A stretch of DNA of 64,000 bases. It comes from TPA_inf: Saccharomyces. Its lineage: Eukaryota. The number at the start of each line of letters is the position of its first letter. The stretch's first letter is position 1. The stretch is taken from NCBI GenBank assembly GCA_000146045.2, contig BK006948.2, positions 224,001 through 288,000 of the forward strand, in the 5' to 3' direction. Below, piece by piece: positions 1-9,636 of the stretch. The translations under genes and the position numbers were made by a program. The notes under the pieces were generated by a model. That model was not told where the DNA came from. It saw only the letters and a list, made by a program, of their open reading frames with translations, and made no database searches.

Positions 1-179
1 TATTGGAAGGTATCTCAGATGAAGACATCAAAGATGTCGATATTCCCAACGGCATTCCGCTAGTTATAGAGTTGGATAGAGACAATTACTCTTTTGTGAG
101 GAAATTTTACTTGGATCCAGAATCAGCTAAAGTTAATGCTCAAATGGTTCGTGATGAGGGTTTCGAAAAGAATCCATGA
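1..179 (+). CDS. GPM3: 3' end (C-terminal ~58 codons) of phosphoglycerate mutase paralog, truncated by window edge
   Basis: The in-frame translation ends ...LEGISDEDIKDVDIPNGIPLVIELDRDNYSFVRKFYLDPESAKVNAQMVRDEGFEKNP*, with the stop at 177-179. This resembles the phosphoglycerate mutase C-terminus, and its position upstream of THI20 matches YOL056W. Confidence 0.75.
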   Translation, partial: LEGISDEDIKDVDIPNGIPLVIELDRDNYSFVRKFYLDPESAKVNAQMVRDEGFEKNP

Positions 180-419
180 ATAGTTTTTAAAAATAAAAAA
201 TTAGCGCCATTTTTTTCATGGTTTCCTTTTATATTTCCTTCTTTCTTTATTGATAGAATAATGAGTAACGAAAAGCAGCTAAATAAACGTGTTTAAATTT
301 CTATAAGAAGTTTTTATAGATTGTATAACAAAGAAACTTTTTTCTTATTATTATTTTTTTGTTTTTATAATTCATTATATGTAGGTATATCTTTATCTAT
401 TGTGCATAAGCCATCTTAT

Positions 420-2075
420 CTACTCGTATTCTAGCGCAGCGGTCCAAAAATTTGTTTCTAATTCACAAACTTCAGCGTAGATTGTTACTAAAGTGTCAAG
501 TTGCTCTGGAGGGTATGTTTCTAAGATGTGGTTCAAAAGTTTTTCACCTTCATCCATGGCTTCACGATACCATGAAGATGCGTAAGTTTCACACCATTCG
601 TGGTAAACGGACCCTTCAGGTGCGGTGACTTTACCCTTCATTTTAGTTAAAGCTTCACCATAACCCATCAAACAAGGAGTAAGGGATGCAACCAATTCTT
701 GCCAGTTACCTCTTCTGGAAACATCGTTAAAGTAACGAGAGTAAGCTCTTAATGCAGGTCCTCTCTTAATCTTTTGAAAGTAATCAGGATCTTTAACACC
801 AAATACTTCTTTTAATCTCTTTTCATGTTGACCCATTTCAGTACGAACACCTCCAACAATGACTAGCTCCTTTTCCATATCTTCTAGGCATGGAGCTTTA
901 CTACCCGCGATACAATGAACTCTAGCATAATCAACCAAGTATGCATAATCTTGTTCAATAAAGAACTGAAACTTCTTACGTTCTAATGTACCGTCCGCAA
1001 CCTTTTTAACAAACTCATGGTTAATATAGGAATCCCAGTGTGGCTTAACTTTAGGGTGATTGATCAGGTATTCATAGAAATTACCGCCTGGGATTTTGTC
1101 AGCAGCACTTTTGAGCGGCTTTTTAGGTATAACATCCGATGCAGTAAAACATTCATCACTGAGCATTTTCTCCAATGGAATTTCCACGGCGTAAACATGA
1201 TTAATTGGTCCATTATCCTTGACAGTTTCTTTTGTGACATCACAACCAATTGCCACGGCATTTTGGACGTATTCAATACCACCATAAACAGACTGAGGAA
1301 GAGAATAACCACGAGCCAAGTTTGATGCAATGGCAGAAGCTAGTGTGCACCCAGTACCATGTGTATGCGTGGTGTTAACGAAATTGCCTTTAAAGATAAT
1401 GAATTTTTGTTCAGCACCCAAGAAAAGAACGTCGGTAATGTACTTTTCCTTTTCATCATTCCATGGAATATGGCCACCCTTCACTAGTATATTCGAACAC
1501 TTGGTTATTTTAGCAAGGTCTTTTGCGATTTGGAAAATATCCTGTAATCCGTTAACCTTTCTTTCCTCACCTAACAATTTGTAACACTCTGGGATGTTAG
1601 GAGTCAAAATATCAGCAAAAGGTGCAACCTTCTCCGTAATCAAACTAACTATATCCTTTCCAGCTAAAGAAGAACCAGAAGTAGCGACAAGAACTGGATC
1701 AACAACCAACTTAGGTCTATTTTCGCCGAGTTGCAGCAGTTTTTCGTGCAAGACTTCGATAGCAGCTGCGGTAAGCATACCGGTTTTGATAACATTACAT
1801 TTCATATCCTTTAAATTGGATTCCAAAGTTTGGAAAACCACTTCTTTTGGTGTGTTATTTATGCTGTAGACTTTAACTGGAGTTTGAGCATTTAAAGCAG
1901 TGATACATGTCATGGCATAACATCTGTGTGCTGTGATAGTTTTGACATCAGCTTCGATACCGGCTCCACCACTTGGATCTGTTCCAGCAATGGATAAAAC
2001 TGTTGGCAACTTTTCGTTGCAGGCTAAAGTAAGATATGGTGGAGGCGTGTTGATGCTAACTGTAGAATAGGTCAT
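420..2075 (-). CDS. THI20: bifunctional HMP/HMP-P kinase plus thiaminase II (ThiD-TenA fusion), 551 aa
   Basis: The 551-aa ORF has an N-terminal ThiD-like kinase region (GTDPSGGAGIEADVKT) and a C-terminal TenA-like domain. Its position next to PSH1 fits YOL055C. Confidence 0.85.
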   Translation of the reverse strand: MTYSTVSINTPPPYLTLACNEKLPTVLSIAGTDPSGGAGIEADVKTITAHRCYAMTCITALNAQTPVKVYSINNTPKEVVFQTLESNLKDMKCNVIKTGMLTAAAIEVLHEKLLQLGENRPKLVVDPVLVATSGSSLAGKDIVSLITEKVAPFADILTPNIPECYKLLGEERKVNGLQDIFQIAKDLAKITKCSNILVKGGHIPWNDEKEKYITDVLFLGAEQKFIIFKGNFVNTTHTHGTGCTLASAIASNLARGYSLPQSVYGGIEYVQNAVAIGCDVTKETVKDNGPINHVYAVEIPLEKMLSDECFTASDVIPKKPLKSAADKIPGGNFYEYLINHPKVKPHWDSYINHEFVKKVADGTLERKKFQFFIEQDYAYLVDYARVHCIAGSKAPCLEDMEKELVIVGGVRTEMGQHEKRLKEVFGVKDPDYFQKIKRGPALRAYSRYFNDVSRRGNWQELVASLTPCLMGYGEALTKMKGKVTAPEGSVYHEWCETYASSWYREAMDEGEKLLNHILETYPPEQLDTLVTIYAEVCELETNFWTAALEYE

Positions 2076-2610
2076 AGTAAAATGCGAGACGTTTTCCTTA
2101 TATATTATTTATTAATCTGTCTAGTATCATTGAGAGAAAAATAATAACGCAAGGAATGCAACCTTTATCGAAGTCTCAGTATGCTTTGTCTGATGGTTTA
2201 AATAATAGGATTTTTTCTGCCAGCTGGCATAGCTCTAAGGGTTTCCTAACCTTCATCGGGGATCATTAATCTATCAGAAAATAGAAGCTATACATATACA
2301 TGTCGCTAAAGAAGTACGGAGGGCTTGTGTAATAAAAGGCAACACAATACGTGGCTGCTAGAATGGATTCATCTTACACGCGGTCATATTAGGCTAAACG
2401 GCACATGTTAACTTTTTTCACATTTGTAAGTAAAAGTAATAGATCCAGTTCCCTTTATAGGATAACTGGCAACGATGGGGAACGTTGACAGAAATACTGG
2501 GCCCAAAAGAGGATAGAAAAAGAAAAAATAAAGTGTAATCAATAATTAATCAATCTATCAAAAGTTATATACATTGCAATGTTGAAATTAAAAAAATTCA
2601 ACAAAAAATT

Positions 2611-2681
2611 TGCGCAAGCCCGGAATCGAACCGGGGGCCCAACGATGGCAACGTTGGATTTTACCACTAAACCACTTGCGC
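2611..2681 (-). tRNA. tRNA-Gly (anticodon GCC), 71 nt
   Basis: The reverse complement reads GCGCAAGTGGTTTAGTGGTAAAATCCAACGTTGCCATCGTTGGGCCCCCGGTTCGATTCCGGGCTTGCGCA. It is identical to the second copy at 58164-58234. Confidence 0.95.
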
Positions 2682-2690
2682 TGAATTTCT

Positions 2691-3038
2691 TGATGGTATT
2701 ACATCTCAGGATAGCATACCTCAGTATGACAATACATCATCTCGTAAACGCTCATATGAAACAACCTTATAACAAAACGAATAGAATGAGCAACATGAGA
2801 TAAAACTCCGCCTCCCGTAGTTGAACCACCCAAACGTATAAATCCCTGAACAATTAGTTTAGATCTGAGATTCCTCGCTTTCATCATTTAGTGTAATTCA
2901 TATTTTATATGATATATAGAATAAGCAACATCCCATGAATCAAGCTGATAATCCGTTTTGGCAACTGATTACTTCCCAAAGACTCCTTATATTAGGATTG
3001 TCTAGACACCCCGGTATTACTCGAGCCCTAATACAACA
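2691..3038 (+). mobile_element. Ty3 sigma solo LTR (~348 bp) inserted about 10-17 bp upstream of the tRNA-Gly 5' end
   Basis: The sequence aligns along its length to the sigma consensus (CAGTATGACAATAC...CATATGAAACAACCTTATAACAAAACGAA...GTATAAATSCCTGAACAATTAGTTTAGATC...GGTATTACTCGAGCCC...ATACAACA). The position is the hallmark Ty3 integration site upstream of Pol III genes. Confidence 0.85.
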
Positions 3039-3074
3039 GTAAAAGTTTGTAAATATATAGAATTAATTGGTCAC

Positions 3075-3285
3075 AATTGTTTGATGCTCCCCTTTCAATT
3101 AACGAATATCTATTGACTGGTATTTATATTACTATTATATTATCATATAAGACGTGACAAGATGACATAAAGACTAAGAAACAGTCATTAGATTCATATG
3201 AAAGCTAAATGCAAGGATAAATATTGTAATAAGATAATAAGGGCCTGCACATAAAAATGGGAAGAATAAAAAGAATAGTAATAAT
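3075..3285 (+). mobile_element. partial Ty1/Ty2-type delta LTR fragment (5' two-thirds), truncated at the (GAT)n tract
   Basis: Roughly 75 percent similar to delta positions ~30-230 (CTGGTATTTATATTACTATTATATTATCATATAAGACG...GCAAGGAT...). Confidence 0.6.
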
Positions 3286-3300
3286 AATAATGATGATGAC

Positions 3301-3337
<37 letters not shown>

Positions 3338-3345
3338 ATGATTAC
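3281..3345. repeat. trinucleotide microsatellite, (ATA)3 followed by (GAT)~15 with GAC/GAT variants
   Basis: A direct read, aataataataatgatgatgacgatgatgatg...gatgattatgattac. It is intergenic, between LTR fragments. Confidence 0.95.
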
Positions 3346-3351
3346 AATGTA

Positions 3352-3440
3352 TTTGATAATATACTAGTATCACGAATATTACTAAATGGATGACACTCTA
3401 GAGTTTCATCTGAATAATTACCAAATTATTCACCTATCTC
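3352..3440 (-). mobile_element. short diverged delta-like LTR 5'-end fragment
   Basis: GATAATATACTAGTATCACGAATATTACTAAATGGATGA... resembles the reverse complement of the delta 5' region and is similar to 4120-4181. Boundaries are uncertain. Confidence 0.4.
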
Positions 3441-3654
3441 TTAGTAGTATACCTATTTTTTCGTTTAATTAGTGTCCTTATTGGCTTTAAAGTAATTAAT
3501 GCAGATGGTTCATGGCATACAAAAAATACTTTGTTTCGTTTGTTTTTTTTTTCTTTTTGTTATGATTTTATTAGCCTAATAATGTCCTAGAGTTAACAAA
3601 TGTAAATTGTAAGAGGATACATTACATCTACAAAAATTAAAACCAGTTAACTCT

Positions 3655-3850
3655 CTATCCTCATCCTTTTAATTTTGTTGAATAAGAGGCAACCATAAAG
3701 GTTAAGAAATAGCATCAGATGTAATGGAAGCTGAAAAATGCAATGATTGATTATTCAATAATAGTGAATAACGGCGTGTAAATGAATAAGAAATGGTAAT
3801 AATAATACTGATGCCTTTTTATGGATTCCTATATCCTTGTGGAAAACCTC
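3655..3850 (+). mobile_element. diverged delta-like LTR fragment (central region)
   Basis: GGAAGCTGAAAAATGCAATGATTGAT... and ...GGATTCCTATATCC match the delta central block. It abuts the inverted delta copy head to head. Confidence 0.5.
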
Positions 3851-3852
3851 TT

Positions 3853-4181
3853 GAATACTGGGTGAATAATTTGATAATTGTTGTCATTCCATTGTTGGTG
3901 AAGGCTATAATATTATGTATACAGATTATAATAGAAATTTTCCTCGAGGATATAGGAATCCTCAAAAAGGAATCTATATTTCTACATACTAATATTACGA
4001 ATATTCCCAATTCCGTTTTATACATTTCATTATCCTATTACATTATTAGTCCTTGCATTTCGCTTCAATCAATCTAACTGTTTCCCAATCTTTATGTTAT
4101 CTTCTTACACTGCATGTGATAATATACTAGTAACACGAATACTACTAAAAAGATGATATTTTAAAGTTTCATTCCAACACC
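3853..4181 (-). mobile_element. near full-length solo delta LTR (Ty1/Ty2 type), reverse orientation
   Basis: The reverse complement aligns end to end with delta: TGTTGGAATGAAACTTTAAAATATCATC...ACTAGTATATTATCAC...GAGGATATAGGAATCCTC...CCCAGTATTCA. The TGTTGGAAT terminus lies at about 4181. Confidence 0.75.
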
Positions 4182-4275
4182 TCTAACATGTTCTATATAC
4201 CTAATATTAAACCTTTATTAATAATGGAATCTCAACAATTGTCTCAAAATTCTCCCATTTCTCACAATCTTGTGC
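4182..4275 (+). mobile_element. delta LTR 3'-end fragment
   Basis: TATACCTAATATTAAACCTTTATTAATAATGGAATCTCAACAATTGTCTCAAAATTCTCCCATTTCTCA matches the last ~90 bp of delta in forward orientation. Confidence 0.6.
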
Positions 4276-4330
4276 ATTGAGAACTGTGCATCATTAAGTT
4301 TCTAAAATTTAGATCTTTCATAAAATATTA

Positions 4331-4404
4331 GACTCCATGGCCAAGTTGGTTAAGGCGTGCGACTGTTAATCGCAAGATCGTGAGTTCAACCCTCACTGGG
4401 GTCG
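4331..4404 (+). tRNA. tRNA-Asn (anticodon GUU), 74 nt
   Basis: GACTCCATGGCCAAGTTGGTTAAGGCGTGCGACTGTTAATCGCAAGATCGTGAGTTCAACCCTCACTGGGGTCG. It forms a cloverleaf with a GTT anticodon. Confidence 0.93.
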
Positions 4405-4613
4405 TTATTTTTGAATACCCAATACTTTTTTTTCGGGCCATTTCACACAATGGCGTTTTTTATCCTATGTCCACTACAATTTAGATGAGCTCTCTTCTAG
4501 CATACAACTGCGATGAGGAATTTGATAATATTCTATTTTAAGCATTAAGTTTTCAGAAAACGAACGATCGCGTTTTTTCTCAGACAGAAAGTTTTAATAT
4601 ATTGATAAGAATA

Positions 4614-5834
4614 ATGGGCGACGAATTACACAACCGTTTACTTCACCAAAACGATGGCACCAAGGACGCCATACTTTATAAGATAATAGAATCGTTAGTT
4701 TGCTCCATCTGCCACGATTATATGTTTGTACCGATGATGACACCTTGTGGTCATAATTATTGCTATGGTTGTCTGAACACCTGGTTTGCCAGCAATACTC
4801 AAAAAGAATTGGCTTGTCCGCAGTGCAGATCTGATATTACCACCATTCCCGCATTGAATACAACGTTGCAACAGTATCTATCATTCATTTTAGAGAAATT
4901 AAGGGACCAGAATGATGAATCTTTTAAAAAACTTTTAACAACTAAAACCAAGGAGGAAAATGATTACAAGAATGACAAGGAAAAGGACACATTGTTTGAC
5001 AAAGTATTTAAGAATAGCGCATTGGCAGTGGCCGACGACTCGGATGATGGTATCACACGTTGTAGTAATTGTCATTGGGAATTAGACCCAGACGAAGTAG
5101 AGGACGGAAATGTTTGTCCCCACTGCAATGCCAGAATACGGAATTACGCAGGTGGTCGCGACGAATTTGATGAAGAAGAATACAGTGAAGGAGAGTTGGA
5201 TGAAATCCGGGAAAGCATGCGTAGGCGTAGAGAGAATCGATTTGCGTCTACCAATCCGTTTGCTAATAGAGATGATGTAAGTTCTGAAGACGATGATAGC
5301 AGTGAAGAGGAGCCCATGCGAGAACATATCCCACTAGGCCGTTGGGCCAGGTCACATAATCGTAGTATTGCTGTGGATGCTGTGGATGATGAAGACGACG
5401 AAGAAGAGGATGAGGAAGAAGAAGAGGAGATGGATTCCGATTTGAAAGATTTTATAGAGGATGATGAAGATGACGAAGATGAAGATGGAAGTAGGAGGAA
5501 TTTGGTATTGTCTGCACTCAAGAACAGACATGTAATTATTACTGATGATGAGGAAGAGGAGCAACGGCGACATGCTACAGAAGAGGAAGATCGCGATAGT
5601 GACTTTTACGAGCATAATGATGATGGTTTTGTAAGTGGTGATAGCCTTGATGAGGATCAGAAGGAGGTTACACGGATACAATCGAGTTCTGATTCCGAAG
5701 ATCGTTCACTTTCGTATTCCGGCTCCAGCGATGTCAAGGATAACAATGACGATAACACGGAAGAATTAGATGACCCACAACCGAAAAGGCAGAAACGCTT
5801 CCGTGTAGTTCTAGGAGACAGTGACGATGAATAA
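4614..5834 (+). CDS. PSH1: RING-finger E3 ubiquitin ligase with a long acidic C-terminal tail, 406 aa from the MGDEL start
   Basis: It has a C3HC4 RING (CSICHDYMFVPMMTPCGHNYCYGCL...CPQC) followed by a D/E-rich tail. The ORF track starts 4 codons earlier (MIRIMGDEL); the ATG at 4614 gives 406 aa, the length I remember for PSH1. Confidence 0.8.
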   Translation: MGDELHNRLLHQNDGTKDAILYKIIESLVCSICHDYMFVPMMTPCGHNYCYGCLNTWFASNTQKELACPQCRSDITTIPALNTTLQQYLSFILEKLRDQNDESFKKLLTTKTKEENDYKNDKEKDTLFDKVFKNSALAVADDSDDGITRCSNCHWELDPDEVEDGNVCPHCNARIRNYAGGRDEFDEEEYSEGELDEIRESMRRRRENRFASTNPFANRDDVSSEDDDSSEEEPMREHIPLGRWARSHNRSIAVDAVDDEDDEEEDEEEEEEMDSDLKDFIEDDEDDEDEDGSRRNLVLSALKNRHVIITDDEEEEQRRHATEEEDRDSDFYEHNDDGFVSGDSLDEDQKEVTRIQSSSDSEDRSLSYSGSSDVKDNNDDNTEELDDPQPKRQKRFRVVLGDSDDE

Positions 5835-6084
5835 TCTGAACATTTTAACTAGCGGGAACGGCATATGTACGGAACTTTTATGTATGTTTTTAAAAAATTT
5901 CCTTTCTATCCTTATTACATTAAGATTTTTAAGCGATAGTAGGATCGGAAATATAAGCACTCGTTTATGATATAAATAGGTCAAGAATTTCGTAAAGTAA
6001 AATCAATACATATGTGAATCTTTTTTTTTTTTTTTTTGGGACTGCTATTGGTATTTTTTTAGCGTCACGTTAATCAGCCCAATT

Positions 6085-7272
6085 ATGTGGGGGTTATGCA
6101 AGAAGCATTTTCCGAGCAATAAAATTCAAGTGCAGGAGAGAAACAAAGCATTAAAACCAAAGAAGAGTGGCAGCGAACATAAGACAAAGCAACTGTTTCC
6201 TGTATTCAATTGCAAGAAGAAGGAAAAAGGGGTAATGATACGGTTTGCGATTCTACGTAATGCTAACACATCTCTACTGTCCGCGAGAAGTATATGCTTA
6301 TTTACCCAGGCGCCTACCTATTGTCATGTAAGGTTGAATACCTTGAATAAAAGCATTACAACTAAAAGAAATTCATTGACAGAGTCGAAAAGGCATGTCC
6401 ATGATGGCAAGCATTTTTTTACGACGCCACATCAACAGCAACAGACGAAGTTGGGGGAAATTGAAGAGGGACACAGTCCTAACATAAAAGGAGAGGACTT
6501 GAGAAGCATTGGTCAAGCAATAACACATCAGCGAAACAAGCGCCGAAAGCAAATATGGTCCGCCATATTTGGTGGTATATTCGGTGTGATATTAGGATAC
6601 TCACTAATCTATAGAGTGATATATTTAAAGGAACAAAGTTTCTTACCATTGTTTCCATCATCCAAGATACGTAAACTGAGTACCAGAGATTTGAAAAAGG
6701 TTGACGTAAACCAAGTACAGAAGCTTTCTAAATTAAGGGTTTTAGAGATATTATCCGGTCATGACATGATCAAGGAACAATACGGAGTACCATTGCTTGA
6801 TAAAGATGGCAATTCACCCACGTTAAATGAATTCAGCATGTGGTGCGAAGATCAAGATCCATGTGTAACTGGTATTGTAATGGAGCCAGACGATAAAAGG
6901 GATAGTTCGCACACTTGGTATAGAATACCCTTTGTTTGCAAATGGAGGATAACGCATCGGCCAATAAGTATACGGGGAACCATCGACGATTTACTGAACC
7001 GCATTGGTTTGGAAACAGCCGATTTATTTGAGATTATATCGCCGGAGAGGGTATACGGGTCGTTCAAGTACGAATACCCACTGCAGGGGGACTCACATGC
7101 ATTACACCTTTGGTTTCATGGCGAAATCGAACTGGACGATGATTCTTTGATTGTATATAATGGAAAATACCACGTTGATGTTAAATTGCAAGAAATCGAC
7201 CTCTTCAGACGTGAAAAGAACGGACAACTAATACAGTACGTTCTATACAAAAACGAAGCGGGCGACAAGTAA
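6085..7272 (+). CDS. AIM39: mitochondrial protein of unknown function, 395 aa
   Basis: A 395-aa ORF at the YOL053W position. It has one predicted TM segment (IWSAIFGGIFGVILGYSLIY). Confidence 0.7.
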   Translation: MWGLCKKHFPSNKIQVQERNKALKPKKSGSEHKTKQLFPVFNCKKKEKGVMIRFAILRNANTSLLSARSICLFTQAPTYCHVRLNTLNKSITTKRNSLTESKRHVHDGKHFFTTPHQQQQTKLGEIEEGHSPNIKGEDLRSIGQAITHQRNKRRKQIWSAIFGGIFGVILGYSLIYRVIYLKEQSFLPLFPSSKIRKLSTRDLKKVDVNQVQKLSKLRVLEILSGHDMIKEQYGVPLLDKDGNSPTLNEFSMWCEDQDPCVTGIVMEPDDKRDSSHTWYRIPFVCKWRITHRPISIRGTIDDLLNRIGLETADLFEIISPERVYGSFKYEYPLQGDSHALHLWFHGEIELDDDSLIVYNGKYHVDVKLQEIDLFRREKNGQLIQYVLYKNEAGDK

Positions 7273-7569
7273 GAAAAATGTAAATATTTTTATCACAATT
7301 ATGATTATTATCGTTATTAAACTACTTATTTTCGGTTACGTAGATGAAATAGTGTTATATAAGAATATTTGAGAAAGTAAAACTGATAAATAAATATAAT
7401 GGAATGAAAAAATAGAGACGAACTGGAAGAAGAGAAAAAAAATTAAAGCACCAAATTTACTACTCTGGGGCCTATAGATGGAATATCAAAGGGGAAGATG
7501 AGAAAAGAAATTATACATTTCAGAAACGTCAATAGGGTATCATCATCGTGGCAGTAAGCGGCGTTTTTC

Positions 7570-7755
7570 CTAAATCAAAAAGGCCAAAGCACCACCAACA
7601 GCAGCACCGACGACTCCGGCGTTTAGTAGTTGACCATTTTGAGCGTGCAAAGCAGGAGCAGCGTTACTCGTGGTGTTGGATGCGTTTTGAGCATTTACGC
7701 TAGTAGCGAGGCCGAAGACAGAGATGGCAGAAATGAAAACTTGTGATACTTTCAT
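7570..7755 (-). CDS. DDR2: small stress and DNA-damage-responsive protein, 61 aa, with signal-peptide-like N-terminus and Gly/Ala-rich C-terminus
   Basis: MKVSQVFISAISVFGLATSVNAQNASNTTSNAAPALHAQNGQLLNAGVVGAAVGGALAFLI. The length and position match YOL052C-A. Confidence 0.8.
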   Translation of the reverse strand: MKVSQVFISAISVFGLATSVNAQNASNTTSNAAPALHAQNGQLLNAGVVGAAVGGALAFLI

Positions 7756-7925
7756 GTTTAAATCGATATTAAATTAGCGTGCTTGCTTGGAGGGCTTTTC
7801 AGAATGAAAAAAAAAAGAATGAAGAAAGAATTAACCAAAGAATGGAGGTTATGTGTAAGAAATGGCATTTATATATACATTTATATAAAAATGTATAAAC
7901 ATACTTGCATTATTGATGTCCCATA

Positions 7926-8227
7926 AGGGGTGAGAAAAGACAAAAATGGAAACAGGGGAAAAGAAGAAGAGTAAAAAAAGGATTATTTTAGGAGAGAAAG
8001 GGGATTAGAAGAACATCGGGCATAAACCTTTGAGCATCATCCTTTATTGATGTTTGACACCTTGCGATTGATGAAAAATATTGATGATATTAAGGTATTT
8101 CTGATAGCCACTGCCCCGTCCCTTGAAGCGGCCTTCCGTCGAGGCCTTGGCAACCGTGTCTGGGTGTGTGATATATTACATCAGAGGAAATAAAAGCTTG
8201 AGCGGCTAAACTCCCTTAGCTCAGGGG
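7926..8227. promoter_or_regulatory. cluster of three STRE motifs (AGGGG on top strand, CCCCT on the DDR2 strand) in the DDR2 upstream region
   Basis: AGGGG occurs at 7926-7930, 7999-8003 and 8223-8227, which is 170-470 bp upstream of the DDR2 ATG. STRE is the Msn2/4 element known for DDR2. Confidence 0.55.
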
Positions 8228-8445
8228 TGGTCTGGCCAGGAATTTTCAGTGGCCATTTTTCCTGTTCCGGGTCCGGCCAATCTGTGCCGGTTTTCTCTAG
8301 AGGAAAAAAAAAAGCATGCGGGGTAATGATGTAGAAGATATACAAGCGGGTTAAACTACATTAGTTATGAGTGCTAGAAAGCAAGCGAAGGATAATAGAA
8401 GAGGGCTATTCTATGTAAGTATGAGGAGACACAAATGGCGGCTTT

Positions 8446-9636
8446 TCATATTTTCTTCTGCAATTTCATATAGAAAAGGTGGTAGTCGTCCAGATCATAA
8501 ACAATTTTGTCTAACTTGATGTAGTCGGGCAGTGACTCGTTGATGCTTAGTAGTTTTTGGAAGGATTGGTTCTGATAATTTTTGGTAAAAAAGGTCATCG
8601 AGAACTCTCTTGGTTGAAAAACGTTCAGAATATGTAGAAGAACGTCCAAGTTGTCTTGCTTCCCTTGGGAAATGTCAAATACGGGTATGTTACTTTCGAA
8701 AGAGGCGTAAGACCAACCCTTTTCCGGAGTCACGTGCAGGGTGTAATAGTATTTTTCAGCGAGAATCATATTGGATGAGTATCCACATGGCGTGAACGCA
8801 AATGCATCGTGGTGAAATGATAAATCGGAGTCTTGGGCCGAGTTGACATATATTTCGTCAAGCCTTGTATTTTTAGTCATTTGGTAGCCGAGGTTGTGGC
8901 CCTTATCTTCGTTTGGCTCCACGAGAGCGGTTGTGGATGCCTCAGGCCCGCAAACAAACTTACTAGCGCATTCTGGGTCCAGCTCCGTCATCAGTACTTC
9001 GAAAGTTTCGTCGTCATCCTCGATGTACTCCTTTCCCTTAGGTGTGGAGCGGTCCGTCTCGGTGACGTACAGGTTCCAGTGGTTGCTCTTGTCATTTCTT
9101 CCCACGGAATAACTTTTACCATTGTCGAAAAATTTGTTCAAATAGTCGACTTCGTCAGCCCAGTTTTGATGGATAGCGGCTTGCTTACAGGGGAAAAGGA
9201 AACATCGTCTAGAATAAAACACTTTAAATGGTTTGTACTTGCCCCCTTGTGTTGTGCGGAAAGCCCACGATAACTCTTGCTCAACGATCTGGAAAAGCTT
9301 TTCGAGACAGAACAATGTGGTTGTAGTACCGCACGTCTTCATCGTCAATTTGTGATCGAAGACGAAGAGGGAAGACTCACTCAACAAAAAGGCATCCAGT
9401 TCTTTAGTCTTCTTCATGGAAAGAACTTCGCATTTCACTAATTTCAAAATCTCGATCCATCTATCCATGCCAATATTTCTTAATGTCTTTTCGGTCGTGA
9501 TGGACTTCTTGTGAGGGAAGAACCAGATTTCCAGCAACTTCTCGGGACCCTCGAACGCATCCGTTGAGTCTAAAGTGGCTGATAGTTCGTGGTCAATGTA
9601 GTTGTGGTTAGTCAATTCTTTTATGGTGACAGTCAT
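8446..9636 (-). CDS. SPE2: S-adenosylmethionine decarboxylase proenzyme, 396 aa
   Basis: The sequence is AdoMetDC-family and contains the proenzyme self-cleavage region FEGPEKLLEIWFF. Its length matches YOL052C. Confidence 0.88.
   Translation of the reverse strand: MTVTIKELTNHNYIDHELSATLDSTDAFEGPEKLLEIWFFPHKKSITTEKTLRNIGMDRWIEILKLVKCEVLSMKKTKELDAFLLSESSLFVFDHKLTMKTCGTTTTLFCLEKLFQIVEQELSWAFRTTQGGKYKPFKVFYSRRCFLFPCKQAAIHQNWADEVDYLNKFFDNGKSYSVGRNDKSNHWNLYVTETDRSTPKGKEYIEDDDETFEVLMTELDPECASKFVCGPEASTTALVEPNEDKGHNLGYQMTKNTRLDEIYVNSAQDSDLSFHHDAFAFTPCGYSSNMILAEKYYYTLHVTPEKGWSYASFESNIPVFDISQGKQDNLDVLLHILNVFQPREFSMTFFTKNYQNQSFQKLLSINESLPDYIKLDKIVYDLDDYHLFYMKLQKKI

Noticed and set aside
3793-4077. 94-aa and 68-aa ORFs inside the delta LTR cluster
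   Set aside because: The sequence is LTR-derived. The ORFs are AT-rich, low-complexity (Ile/Leu-rich) reading frames without gene context.
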